A stretch of DNA of 32,000 nucleotides from Sulfolobus acidocaldarius DSM 639 (GTDB lineage Archaea; Thermoproteota; Thermoprotei_A; Sulfolobales; Sulfolobaceae). How positions within the stretch are numbered: position 1 is the first letter of the stretch; every line of letters starts with the position of its first letter. Below the pieces are notes generated by a model. It searched no databases, had not been told where the DNA came from, and worked only from the letters and a program-made list of their open reading frames with translations. Positions 1 to 8,941 of the stretch are shown here, one piece after another. The position numbers and the translations under genes are program-made. The stretch spans positions 810,001-842,000 of the forward strand of contig NC_007181.1 in the NCBI RefSeq assembly GCF_000012285.1, written 5' to 3'.

Positions 1-1
1 G

Positions 2-472
2 GAGAGCCTTGACGTGACTAGTGTATATAAAGTCGATCTACCACCTACTACCCCATACGGCGTTCATTTAGCTTTAGTAGACGTTGACGAGACAGGGAAG
101 GTTGTCGTTAAAAAGTATGTTGCAATTGATGACGTGGGTGTAGTTATCAATCCTTTGTTGGCTGAAGGTCAGGTAATAGGAGGTGCTCTTCAGGGATTAT
201 CGCAAGGACTACTAGAGGGTACTGTCTTTAATGATCAAGGTCAACTACTCACTTCTAATTTCCAGGACTATGCTATACCTACTGCTGTTGAGTCTCCGGA
301 TGTGGAATGGCACAATGTAATATATGGAAAATCGTCTCATCCCACAGGAAGTAAAGGTATAGGTGAGGCTGGTGCTATAGCAGCTACACCTGCTGTGATT
401 AACGCAGTAGAGCAATGTGTGAAGAAGAGGATTTTGAAGATGCCTGTAAGATTTGAGGATCTGGTGAGTTGA
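2..472 (+). CDS. CoxL/CutL/xanthine-dehydrogenase-family molybdopterin-binding large subunit, C-terminal fragment (5' part lies left of the window)
   Basis: The frame is open from base 2; the track's M at 14 is an internal GTG. It contains the family C-terminal blocks IDDVGVVINPLLAEGQVIGGALQGLSQGLLEG and GSKGIGEAGAIAATPAVINA. These align block for block with the C-terminus of the full-length paralog at 9407-11452. Confidence 0.85.
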   Translation, partial: ESLDVTSVYKVDLPPTTPYGVHLALVDVDETGKVVVKKYVAIDDVGVVINPLLAEGQVIGGALQGLSQGLLEGTVFNDQGQLLTSNFQDYAIPTAVESPDVEWHNVIYGKSSHPTGSKGIGEAGAIAATPAVINAVEQCVKKRILKMPVRFEDLVS

Positions 473-473
473 A

Positions 474-962
474 TTGAATAGACATCTTCTTTCTGATAAA
501 GATAAAAGGGATTTTTTATCAAAAGTTAAACAAAAATATAATATTGAGTTAGAGGGTCAGATAGAGGTAGGAAAGGAAAAGAAAGAGTTGTATTACTTTG
601 TGAATGGTCTACTCTCATTCTTCTCAGAAGAAATCATTCCCACTTTATGTTTTGTTCAAAAGTATAAACTCGATTTACCATATGTTGTAGTCGATGAGGG
701 GGCTGTTAAGAGAGTGACAGACGGCGCGGATTTATTTGTACCAGGCATAGTAAGTTATAATTGTGAATGTAAAGAAGGGGACGTGGTCTTAGTTAAGACA
801 AAAACCAACTTACCAATAGCTATAATAAAAGTCATTCTTAATAAAGATAAAGCTATTCAAGATAAAAAAGGTAAGTTTGGTGTAAATTTGCACTACGTGT
901 CTGATAATATATGGGAGATGTGCAATGCTGGGCGTGGTAATCCCAACTTACAACGAAGCTGA
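474..962 (+). CDS. PUA-domain RNA-binding protein (archaeal MCT-1/Tma20-like)
   Basis: 162-aa ORF with a TTG start 1 nt after the preceding stop; there is no in-frame ATG until near the C-terminus. The C-terminal half (VVVDEGAVKRVTDGADLFVPGIV...EGDVVLVKT...LPIAIIKV) looks like a PUA fold. The 3' end overlaps the next gene by 38 nt. Confidence 0.65.
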   Translation: MNRHLLSDKDKRDFLSKVKQKYNIELEGQIEVGKEKKELYYFVNGLLSFFSEEIIPTLCFVQKYKLDLPYVVVDEGAVKRVTDGADLFVPGIVSYNCECKEGDVVLVKTKTNLPIAIIKVILNKDKAIQDKKGKFGVNLHYVSDNIWEMCNAGRGNPNLQRS

Positions 963-1593
963 AAACATTCGTGAGTTAATTCCCAGAATTAAGGAGGTAG
1001 ACAAGGACATAAATATAATAATAGTTGACGATAATAGTCCTGATAACACTTCCGGAATAGCAAAGCAGTTAGGGGCAATAGTTTTCGTCAGAAAGGATGA
1101 GAGAGGTATAGGGAGTGCCCTGAAATTTGGTTTAGAGCAAGGGGTTAAGATGGGTTTTAAGAGACTAATAACAATGGATGCAGATTTGAGTCATGACCCT
1201 AAGTATATACCGGCTCTAATATCTAAAGATGCTGACCTGGTAATAGGTTCCCGATATGTAAAGGGAGGGGCTATTGAGAACTGGCCTCTACAAAGGAGAC
1301 TAATCAGTTCAGGGGCAAATTCGATAGCGAGACTTCTGCTTAGATTTAATGTGAGAGACGCAACATCTGGGTATAGAGCTTACACTCCTAGAGCCGTTGA
1401 GGCAATATCTCCTTGCAAGAGCGCAGACGGCTATGAGTTTCAAATATGTTCTGTTTATCATATATTTAAATCAAGGTTACAAATTGCTGAGGTTCCAATA
1501 AGTTTTCATGATAGGGAGAGGGGGAAAAGTAAATTGGATTCTCAAAAAATTTTCAAGTGGTTTACTTATGTCCTTAAACTTTCACTTTCTTAG
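925..1593 (+). CDS. Family-2 glycosyltransferase, dolichyl/polyprenyl-phosphate mannose (or glucose) synthase-like
   Basis: VVIPTYNEAENI, IIVDDNSPDNT and MDADLSHDP are the classic GT2 / Dpm1-type motifs. Length is 222 aa, with an ATG start. Confidence 0.85.
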   Translation: MLGVVIPTYNEAENIRELIPRIKEVDKDINIIIVDDNSPDNTSGIAKQLGAIVFVRKDERGIGSALKFGLEQGVKMGFKRLITMDADLSHDPKYIPALISKDADLVIGSRYVKGGAIENWPLQRRLISSGANSIARLLLRFNVRDATSGYRAYTPRAVEAISPCKSADGYEFQICSVYHIFKSRLQIAEVPISFHDRERGKSKLDSQKIFKWFTYVLKLSLS

Positions 1594-1897
1594 TCCCTCT
1601 AAATCTACTCAGTTCTTCTTTAAGGAATTCCACCTCTTTCTTTAGAGCTTCAATTTCAGCTGTGTGGGTCTCAACGGTCTTCTTAAGATCAGTAATGTTC
1701 TCTGGGTTTTCTCTCTTCAATATCATGTTCTCGTTTTCATCCATTTCAATATATCCCAACCGGTAAAGTTCCCTTGCGTACCCTTTTGCAGTCTTTGGTG
1801 AAATTTTCAGTTGTAGTGCTAAATCCCTTATGTTGACGCTACCTCCCTTTTCTTTGAGTATTGAAATTATGTCCTGCAATCTTGGGGTAAGTTCCAT
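1574..1897 (-). CDS. Small winged-helix DNA-binding protein with a C-terminal coiled coil (putative transcription regulator)
   Basis: I prefer the internal ATG at 1897 (MELTPRLQDIISILKEKGGSVNIRDLALQLKISPKTAKGYARELYRLGYIE = wHTH). The tail TAEIEALKKEVEFLKEELSRF is heptad-like. The longer track ORF (to 2071) would overlap the divergent gene at 1959 and adds low-complexity sequence. The 3' end overlaps the convergent GT2 gene by 20 nt. Confidence 0.6.
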   Translation of the reverse strand: MELTPRLQDIISILKEKGGSVNIRDLALQLKISPKTAKGYARELYRLGYIEMDENENMILKRENPENITDLKKTVETHTAEIEALKKEVEFLKEELSRFRGTKKVKV

Positions 1898-1958
1898 ATG
1901 TACTGTCTTTTTAGAAAATTTGCTTTTAAGCCATAAGGCATAATTTATAGGGGAGAAG

Positions 1959-2912
1959 TTGGCTATATTATTGCGAGAAGTTGACGTAGAGAAGCTAGTG
2001 AACTTCAAAGATATATATGATTCGCTAGAAAGGGCTTTTAAATACTTATCTAACAAGAACGCCTCTAACACGAAAAGGATTAGGACTATATTTCATGGCA
2101 GTGTTATGACTTATCAGGCTGGAGCTTTTGACAATTACCTTGGATTCAAAGTATTTGTAAAGGGCACATATTTAGGCGTATTATATAGTTTAGACGGCGA
2201 TATTGTCCTTGTTGTAGAGGCAGACCTCTTGAGTAGGATTAGAACTGGAATACTTTCAGTTTTAGTCAGTGACTATTTAGCAAAGAAAAATTACACTTCA
2301 GTTGGTATTATTGGTCTAGGTAAACAGGGAGAATTTCAGGTAAAGTCGTTTAATGAACTGAAGAAAGGGGTTACGATTAGGGCAATCAGTAAGGAGAAAA
2401 CTGATAAAAACATTAAGAGGCTACAATCACAAGGGTTAAACGTTATTCCAGCAAAGGACTATAAGGAATTATGCTCCACATCAGAGGTTATTGTGACTAT
2501 TACCAGCTCTAAAGATCCCTTCTTGAAACTTGAATTCTTAAACCACGGTACCCATATCAACGCTTTAGGTTCAAATCTCCCTGAAAGGGCGGAACTCTTT
2601 CCCGAAGTCATAAAAGCTTCATCATTAATTGCGGTGGAGGATTTAGAACAGGCTAAAGAGGAGGCAGGGGATCTAATATTAGCTGAGAAGATGAAAATGC
2701 TCGATTGGAATAAGGTGGTTTTAATTTCAGACGTGATCAACGGAAAAGTGGGTAGAAAAAGTGATGACGAGATAACAATTTTCAAATCTACTGGAATTGG
2801 ACTTGAAGATGTAGCTACTATGAAATTACTTTATGAAAAAGCAAAGAAATATGGGTTAGGAGTTGAAATAGATCTTAGGGGAAAATGGTCTCAAGAATTG
2901 GAAAGGAAATAG
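1959..2912 (+). CDS. Ornithine cyclodeaminase / mu-crystallin family NAD(P)-dependent enzyme (OCD, alanine dehydrogenase or ketimine reductase type)
   Basis: 317 aa. The N-terminus ILLREVDVEKLVNFKDIYDSLERAF and the Rossmann loop VGIIGLGKQGEFQV are typical of the family. The apparent start is TTG at 1959, with an alternative TTG at 1971. Confidence 0.8.
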   Translation: MAILLREVDVEKLVNFKDIYDSLERAFKYLSNKNASNTKRIRTIFHGSVMTYQAGAFDNYLGFKVFVKGTYLGVLYSLDGDIVLVVEADLLSRIRTGILSVLVSDYLAKKNYTSVGIIGLGKQGEFQVKSFNELKKGVTIRAISKEKTDKNIKRLQSQGLNVIPAKDYKELCSTSEVIVTITSSKDPFLKLEFLNHGTHINALGSNLPERAELFPEVIKASSLIAVEDLEQAKEEAGDLILAEKMKMLDWNKVVLISDVINGKVGRKSDDEITIFKSTGIGLEDVATMKLLYEKAKKYGLGVEIDLRGKWSQELERK

Positions 2913-4024
2913 AATTATCACCTGTAGAGATGGGTTCGCAAATAGCAAAGAAAGTTGAGATAAATTTAGCCAGCGGAACTCCAGACCCTAGGTTAATGCC
3001 CATTAAGGAGATAAGGCAAGCTTATGACGAAGTTTTAGAGGAATTTGGGTCCAAAGTCTTATTTTACCCTGGTGCAGGAGGTCAAGAAGAGCTAAAAAAG
3101 GAAATAGAAAACAATTTTCTCCCATATATTGACTCAGGTATCAAGGGAAATGTTGTAGTTACCAGTGGAGCGCAACATGCAGTTGAGTTGTTAGCTAAAT
3201 ATTTTCTTGAGGACGATACCATAGCAGTGGAAAATCCTACATTCATAGAGACGTTCACCCCATTAAAGTTGAGAAGTAACGTAGTCTTACCAGTATCCCT
3301 AGACGAGGGTGGAATCAAGATTGACGAATTAGAACTCTTATTAAAAGTGGGTAAGATAAGGCTACTGTACGTTATCCCTAATTGCCACAATCCTGCTGGT
3401 GTAACTATGTGTGAGGAAAGGAGAAAGATCTTAGTGGAATTAGCTGATAAATACGATTTCTGCATACTGGAGGACGATCCATATAAGCCCATTGCGGGCG
3501 TGACTCCTATGACTATTAAGAGTTTAGATAGAAACGGAAGAGTGATATACATAAGCTCTTTTAGTAAGATCATAGCACCAGGTTTAAGGGTAGGGTTTAT
3601 AGTATCGTCCTCTGAGGAAGTGAGTAATAAGATCTCCTTAATAGAGCAAATGGACTTCTCCACATCTACAATTAATCAGTTTGTTATAGCCAGATTACTG
3701 AAGAAAGGTATTGTAAGGGAGAGAATGAAAAATCTTCACTCTTATTATAAGGAGAAGATGAAAACTCTCATAGACTCCTTACACGATAAAGGTTTTAAGG
3801 ACTTCAATGAACCACAATGCGGATTTTTCCTACTGCTAGACTTGAAAAAGGACAGTTGGAAAGTCTTCAATGAAGCAGTGAAACTAGGTTTAAGCTTTGT
3901 TCCTGCAAAGCCCTTTTACCTTAGAGGGGGTGAAACTATGGCTAGACTCAGCATTTCTGTGGCTACTGAGGAACAGATAAAGGAAGGTGTTAAAAGACTA
4001 AGAGACGCATGGATTAGAGTGTGA
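2885..4024 (+). CDS. Fold-type I (class I/II) PLP-dependent aminotransferase, LysN/2-aminoadipate/aromatic aminotransferase-like
   Basis: Motifs IPNCHNPAGV and YISSFSKIIAPGLRVGF (PLP-lysine SxSK motif) are present, with a conserved N-terminal SR...L.SP.. segment. ATG at 2885 overlaps the upstream gene by 28 nt. Confidence 0.85.
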   Translation: MVSRIGKEIELSPVEMGSQIAKKVEINLASGTPDPRLMPIKEIRQAYDEVLEEFGSKVLFYPGAGGQEELKKEIENNFLPYIDSGIKGNVVVTSGAQHAVELLAKYFLEDDTIAVENPTFIETFTPLKLRSNVVLPVSLDEGGIKIDELELLLKVGKIRLLYVIPNCHNPAGVTMCEERRKILVELADKYDFCILEDDPYKPIAGVTPMTIKSLDRNGRVIYISSFSKIIAPGLRVGFIVSSSEEVSNKISLIEQMDFSTSTINQFVIARLLKKGIVRERMKNLHSYYKEKMKTLIDSLHDKGFKDFNEPQCGFFLLLDLKKDSWKVFNEAVKLGLSFVPAKPFYLRGGETMARLSISVATEEQIKEGVKRLRDAWIRV

Positions 4025-5066
4025 AAATATTTTTATCAAGTTTGTTCATTGATATTCCCTTATCGTTAACAAACACCATATCTTCTATTCTTATTCCAAA
4101 TTTTCCAGGCAAATATATTCCGGGCTCAATGGTGAATGTCATGTTATTCTTGATCGGTCTCTTATAGTCTGACGAAATATATGGGTCTTCATGTACATCA
4201 ATACCTATTCCATGTCCAGTTCTATGTATAAAATAAGCCCCAAAGCCGTACTTAGAAATAGTCTGTCTGGCTATCTTATCTACTTCTGAAGTCTCAACTT
4301 TTTCACTTACATACTCTTCAGCTCTCTCCTGTGCTTCCCTAACTATTTCATGGATTTTTAACACATCCTCATTCGGCTTTCCTATACTCACTACTCTTGT
4401 GGTATCGGTCGCATACCCCTTATATCTAATCCCAAAATCAAATATTATCACTTCATTCCTAGCGACCTTTCTATTTGTCGCTCTTAGATGAGGCATCGAC
4501 GTATTAGGACCAGAGGTTATAATTGGCTCAAAAGACGGTTTTACACCTCTCTCTGAAAATTTCTGAATTAACAAGTTGGAGATCTCAACTTCCTTCATCC
4601 CCTCTCTAATTAAGTTAATTGTCTCTAAGAACGCCTCCTCGGCTATCTTTACACCCTCCCTTAGTATCTCTATTTCCTCTTGGCTCTTTATCATTCTTAT
4701 TTCTTTCAAAACTTCACTAGATTTAACCAGTTGTGATGGCGAGAAATAGTTTAGGATATCTATTGTGAAAGAGGACCACATTGTGTCATCGATAGCTACA
4801 ACTCTACCCTTTTGTATAGGGATCTTCTTAAAGGGATTCTCTCCGTCAGTGTAAACTATCAAATTATGGTTGCTTAATTGCTCCTCATATAACTTAGGTA
4901 CAACAAAGAACTCCTCATTTTGTGTCACAATGTAGAATAGAGGTCTCTCCATTTGCTCCTCATCGAAGCCCGTTAAATACAACATGTTACTACCTGGGGC
5001 AAGTATAAGATAGTCTATATTTCTAGCTCTTAGCTCTTCCTTGACCCGCTCTAATTTGCTCCTCAT
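4014..5066 (-). CDS. M24B metallopeptidase, Xaa-Pro dipeptidase/aminopeptidase P-like
   Basis: HRTGHGIGIDVHEDP, FTIEPGIY and IRIEDMV are metal-ligand blocks of the pita-bread fold. An N-terminal creatinase-like domain is present. The 3' end overlaps the convergent aminotransferase by 11 nt. Confidence 0.85.
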   Translation of the reverse strand: MRSKLERVKEELRARNIDYLILAPGSNMLYLTGFDEEQMERPLFYIVTQNEEFFVVPKLYEEQLSNHNLIVYTDGENPFKKIPIQKGRVVAIDDTMWSSFTIDILNYFSPSQLVKSSEVLKEIRMIKSQEEIEILREGVKIAEEAFLETINLIREGMKEVEISNLLIQKFSERGVKPSFEPIITSGPNTSMPHLRATNRKVARNEVIIFDFGIRYKGYATDTTRVVSIGKPNEDVLKIHEIVREAQERAEEYVSEKVETSEVDKIARQTISKYGFGAYFIHRTGHGIGIDVHEDPYISSDYKRPIKNNMTFTIEPGIYLPGKFGIRIEDMVFVNDKGISMNKLDKNIFTL

Positions 5067-5107
5067 AGAAATTTTATATTGAACAAGAGTATATAAATGG
5101 TTACATC
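5067..5107. promoter_or_regulatory. Compact divergent promoter region with two TATA-like boxes
   Basis: The 41-nt spacer holds ATTTTATATT (5071-5080) about 30 nt upstream of the + strand ATG at 5108. It also holds TATATAAA (5090-5097; TTTATATA on the minus strand) centred about 27 nt upstream of the minus-strand ATG at 5066. This is the expected archaeal geometry for leaderless or near-leaderless mRNAs. Confidence 0.5.
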
Positions 5108-6088
5108 ATGATATCACTCATTTATGATGAAACATATTTAAAGCATAGATCATCAACGTATCATGTCGAGAACCCTGAAAGACTAAAAATAGTTCTTAAG
5201 GCATTAGAGGGTAGGACAATCATTAAACCTAAACCAGTTGATGAGGAAGATGTAAAACTAATCCATAATGAGGATTATGTTAAGCTGGTAAAAGTGGCAT
5301 CACAAATGGGAGAGCCATTAGACGCTGATACGTACACCAATGAGTTTACGTGGTCTTCAGCGTTATTGGCATTAGGTGGCTCTTATGTTGCATTTCAGAA
5401 CGACGCATTTGCTTTGGTAAGACCTCCTGGTCATCACGCAGGTATATCAGGGAGAGCTATGGGAGCACCTACATTAGGTTTCTGCATATTTAACAACGTT
5501 GCATATCCGATTGTAAAACTGAAATTGAAGAAGGTTTTAATTATAGATTTTGACGTTCATTACGGTAATGGTACCCAGGAAATATTTTGGGAAAATCCAG
5601 ATGTAGTCCACATTGACATTCATCAAGATCCTAGAACATTGTACCCTGGTACGGGTTTTCCCGATATGATTGGAGGGGGAGAGGCTAGGGGAACTAAAAT
5701 AAACCTCATTATTCCTCCTTTAGGTGGTGACGATCTTTATGAGGAACTAATTCCAATTATACAATCAGTTATCGATGACTACAAACCCAGTTACATCGTG
5801 TATTCTGCAGGTTTTGATGGATTTGAAGATGACGGTTTAGCAAATTTAAGGGCAACAGAATGGACTTATTACAACCTTGGGCTCTTGAGTAGAGGATATA
5901 AAAGATTTGCAGTGTTAGAAGGTGGATATACCGTAGGGCTCGAGAGAGGTTCAAGAGCTTTTGTAAATGGTCTTGAGAACGAAAACGTTACTTACCAGAA
6001 GAATCCTAGCAGTGATTCAGTAAGGAGTAAATTTAGGGATACTTTGTACCAAGCAAGAAGGATACTAAGAGATTACTGGAAAATATAA
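5108..6088 (+). CDS. Histone-deacetylase-family (arginase/deacetylase fold) enzyme, AcuC / acetylpolyamine amidohydrolase-like
   Basis: RPPGHHA (catalytic His pair), IIDFDVHYGNGTQEIF and SAGFDGFEDD (Zn ligands D, H, D) and LEGGYT (catalytic Tyr) are all present. The usual HH of D.D.HHG reads HY here. Confidence 0.85.
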   Translation: MISLIYDETYLKHRSSTYHVENPERLKIVLKALEGRTIIKPKPVDEEDVKLIHNEDYVKLVKVASQMGEPLDADTYTNEFTWSSALLALGGSYVAFQNDAFALVRPPGHHAGISGRAMGAPTLGFCIFNNVAYPIVKLKLKKVLIIDFDVHYGNGTQEIFWENPDVVHIDIHQDPRTLYPGTGFPDMIGGGEARGTKINLIIPPLGGDDLYEELIPIIQSVIDDYKPSYIVYSAGFDGFEDDGLANLRATEWTYYNLGLLSRGYKRFAVLEGGYTVGLERGSRAFVNGLENENVTYQKNPSSDSVRSKFRDTLYQARRILRDYWKI

Positions 6089-6112
6089 ATTCTAATTAAA
6101 GGATAATTATCC

Positions 6113-7498
6113 ATGCTTTCTAATCTACTAAAACGGTTTTCATCTTTCAAGTATGTTGAATTAAGAAAACAGAGAAATTCTCATTCCCAAATAATAATTT
6201 TGAATGGTAGTCCTGTGGGATATATTAAAAGTGTTAATGAGGGATATTCGGCAAGGGTGTTTGATGAAAACTACCTTTACTTTTTATCATCAGATAAACC
6301 AGAGGACTTAACTGCCAGTAAGCTGAAGGTAAAGGGTTGGGAAAAAGGTGTTAGTGAGGAGAAGAGGGAAGGAGGTAGGTATGAAGTTACTCAAAAGATC
6401 AATCTGTTGGATATTCCTGTTCAAGATAAAATGAAGGAGTTAAGTGAGTTAGCTAAGAGCATATACTCTTTGGATCTTAGGTCTAAGATAGTATCTTCTA
6501 CCATCTACTACATGGAGGGCATTGAAGATAAGGAGATAGTTTTTGAAGACGGTACAGAGATAAACAGTAAGATTCCGCGAGTTAGACTATTTTATTCAAT
6601 AACCTTGACATATGAGAACAGATCTGCTACAGTATTCTCAGAGGCAGTCGGTGGAAGTGGTGGTTACGAGCTAATCAAAGAAAAAGATCCATATGGTCAT
6701 TTAGAAAATAAATTAAAGTCAGTAGACAACGTATTGGTAAAGGGCAAATCGGTAACTCCAGGAAGGAAGGACGTGGTTTTCAGTAATGAATTGTCAGGAA
6801 TTATGGCTCATGAATCTGTAGGGCATCCTTTTGAGGCTGACAGGATATTAGGTAGAGAGTCAGCACAGGCAGGACTAAGCTACCTTGTAGGTAGAAAGAT
6901 AGGAGAACGAATAGGCAGTGAGGCGGTTAATGTTATGGACAATCCTCTGGTTGACGGTGGTTTAGGATACTATAGAATAGACGATGAGGGAGTGAAGGCT
7001 CGACCAAAACACCTGATTAAAAACGGAATTATAAATGAACTCTTACAGGATAGATTTTCGGCACATAAGTTTGGTGTGGAGAGCAATGGATCAGCTAGGG
7101 CATCAGCGTTCAACAGGGAACCTTTAGTGAGGATGTCTAATACTTACTTTAAGCCAGGTGATTACTCATTTGAAGAGTTGATTGAGGACATAAAAGACGG
7201 AATATATTTCAAATCGTACATGGAGTGGAATATAGACGATTTAAGGATAGGTCAGAGATATGTAGGATTGGAGACTTATGAGATAAGGAATGGAGAAATC
7301 GGTGAACCAGTTCTGTTCCCTGTCTTTGAGGGAAGAACATTTGATGTGCTGATGTCAATAGATGCAGTTGATAAATCTCTTGAATTTTTCGGAGGTACAT
7401 GTGGTAAAGGTGACCCTGATCAGGGTATTCCTGTATGGTTAGGAGGTCCCAATATGAGAATAAGAAATGCTGTTATTAAGGTGAGAGGAAGTGAATGA
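6113..7498 (+). CDS. tldD: TldD-type metalloprotease (peptidase U62 family)
   Basis: 461 aa with the TldD signature HESVGHPFEADR (HExxxH). The C-terminal GGTCGKG...G.P motif region is present. The gene overlaps the PmbA-like partner by 8 nt. Confidence 0.85.
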   Translation: MLSNLLKRFSSFKYVELRKQRNSHSQIIILNGSPVGYIKSVNEGYSARVFDENYLYFLSSDKPEDLTASKLKVKGWEKGVSEEKREGGRYEVTQKINLLDIPVQDKMKELSELAKSIYSLDLRSKIVSSTIYYMEGIEDKEIVFEDGTEINSKIPRVRLFYSITLTYENRSATVFSEAVGGSGGYELIKEKDPYGHLENKLKSVDNVLVKGKSVTPGRKDVVFSNELSGIMAHESVGHPFEADRILGRESAQAGLSYLVGRKIGERIGSEAVNVMDNPLVDGGLGYYRIDDEGVKARPKHLIKNGIINELLQDRFSAHKFGVESNGSARASAFNREPLVRMSNTYFKPGDYSFEELIEDIKDGIYFKSYMEWNIDDLRIGQRYVGLETYEIRNGEIGEPVLFPVFEGRTFDVLMSIDAVDKSLEFFGGTCGKGDPDQGIPVWLGGPNMRIRNAVIKVRGSE

Positions 7499-8750
7499 AA
7501 ACTTAATCTCAGTTCTTAATAAACTTAGAGGATTTGACGAGGTCGAAGTAGGAGAGAATAAGGTTACGAGGCTATTGATAAAATTCGTGAATAGTGAAGT
7601 TGCAACTATTCAAAAACTAATTGACGTAAATTACGGAATTATGGTGAGAAAAGGAAATAGGTATTTCATGTACTCAGGCACAAACTTAGACGTCGAAGAG
7701 GCTAAGAATGGTTTTGAAGTCTCATCAGGAGCCCAATTGTACCCAATTTTATCTAGGAACGACAGGGAGTTTGTGATAGATCAAAACAACGAAAATTTGA
7801 GAGAAATTGTGGAAAAAGAGAGGATAGATGGTATCATTTCTGAGATAGGAAAGGCAGAACTGCCTATATCAGGGGTAATTAGTATCTATGAAACCACTAC
7901 AAATCTGGTTACTTCATATGGCTTCAACGGTTCAGAAAGACGATATAAAATTGATGGGTACGTAAGGGCGTTTAATAAAGAATATTCAGGTCAATGGGCA
8001 TTTTTCTCCGAATCCCCTAATGATATAAAAGACACTATAAAGAAAGCTGTAGAATTCGCCTCAATAACTAATAGAGTGAAGTTAGACGACGGAAAATACA
8101 ATGTTGTTATGTCACCTTTAGTTGTAGCAAATCTAATGGGGTTCTTTGCGGATTTTGCTTCAGCCTTTAGTGTGATAACAGGTTCATCATTCTTAGCTAA
8201 ATTTAAAGTAGGCGACAGGATTGCCAGTGATCTACTCACTATTTCAGATATACCAATAAAAGCAGGAATTAGATCATTTGATGATGAAGCTGAATTTACA
8301 AGGGATAAGAAGATTATAGATTCAGGCATATTCCAGTCCCTTCTATTTAATAATGAGTTAGGTCAGCTCATGGGTCAAAAGAGCACGGGTAATGCAGGGA
8401 TAATCAGTCCAAATGCTTTTGCAATAGACTTGCAGGAAGGAAATATGGGAGTTGAAAGTATGACTTCAGGAAACGTGATACTTCTTAATAACGTGTGGTA
8501 TACAAGATTCCAGAACTACTACGAGGGAAGTTTCTCCACAGTAGGTAGGGATGCGGTAGTTGTGTATAAAGACGGGAAGCCTATTGGAGTTGCAGATAGG
8601 ATAAGAATCTCTGATACATTACCTAATATATTAAGAAATGTTCAAGCGCTGTCTAAGGAGAAATACGGTATAAGATGGTGGGATGCCACACTTCCCACAT
8701 ATTCCCCCTTCATTTTAGTGGAAAATGTAAACATAAGCAGTTCCAAATAA
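7491..8750 (+). CDS. pmbA: PmbA/TldE-type partner subunit (peptidase U62 family, non-catalytic)
   Basis: 419 aa, alignable in overall pattern to the upstream TldD-like protein (e.g. DDEA/DDEG, SxGNAG blocks). It lacks any HExxxH, and I see no histidine in the translation at all. It is translationally coupled to tldD. Confidence 0.75.
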   Translation: MNENLISVLNKLRGFDEVEVGENKVTRLLIKFVNSEVATIQKLIDVNYGIMVRKGNRYFMYSGTNLDVEEAKNGFEVSSGAQLYPILSRNDREFVIDQNNENLREIVEKERIDGIISEIGKAELPISGVISIYETTTNLVTSYGFNGSERRYKIDGYVRAFNKEYSGQWAFFSESPNDIKDTIKKAVEFASITNRVKLDDGKYNVVMSPLVVANLMGFFADFASAFSVITGSSFLAKFKVGDRIASDLLTISDIPIKAGIRSFDDEAEFTRDKKIIDSGIFQSLLFNNELGQLMGQKSTGNAGIISPNAFAIDLQEGNMGVESMTSGNVILLNNVWYTRFQNYYEGSFSTVGRDAVVVYKDGKPIGVADRIRISDTLPNILRNVQALSKEKYGIRWWDATLPTYSPFILVENVNISSSK

Positions 8751-8753
8751 GAG

Positions 8754-8818
8754 TTTTTCACTCCGTAAATCACTGAAAGACCTTGGCTGTACTCCTCTCA
8801 TGAATATTTTTTCTTTTT
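8754..8818 (+). terminator. T-tract terminator region downstream of pmbA
   Basis: T5 at 8754-8758 lies immediately after the stop. A T6-C-T5 block follows at 8807-8818. Oligo-T tracts are the known archaeal termination signal. Confidence 0.4.
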
Positions 8819-8844
8819 ATCATGATAATGAAGTATTATATCGT

Positions 8845-8867
8845 TGTGTATATATGTGCTGTGTGTG
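8845..8867. repeat. Alternating pyrimidine-purine (TG/TA) low-complexity tract
   Basis: TGTGTATATATGTG (8845-8858), then C, then TGTGTGTG (8860-8867). It lies in the 191-nt spacer between pmbA and the membrane-protein gene. Confidence 0.6.
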
Positions 8868-8941
8868 GTGAAAACTTGCTCTCCTCTTAGAAATCTTTGT
8901 CTATCAGTATATGTTTTTAGGAGGCTTTACAAATACATGAT

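Noticed and set aside
1898-2071. An N-terminal extension of the wHTH ORF (the track version starts at 2071).
   Set aside because: The extension would overlap the divergent OCD-family gene by more than 100 nt and adds S/F/K-rich sequence with no domain. The internal ATG at 1897 starts exactly at the wHTH domain and has a TATA-like element upstream.
2568-2582. GGTTCAAATCT, resembling a tRNA T-loop.
   Set aside because: It lies inside the OCD-family coding sequence. The flanking bases cannot form a T-stem, and no acceptor or anticodon arms are present.
3082-3663. A 193-aa antisense ORF. Similar antisense or shadow ORFs occur at 337-522, 2459-2785, 5769-5954, 7209-7400, 7991-8329, 9010-9204, 9584-9805, 9949-10140, 10765-10980, 11796-12005, 12270-12590, 13965-14156, 16407-16733, 21175-21399, 21522-21734, 23035-23277, 23865-24380, 24732-25046, 25238-25459, 26407-26595 and 30070-30390.
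   Set aside because: Each overlaps, on the opposite strand or out of frame, a gene with strong family evidence. None has a recognisable motif or a plausible promoter.
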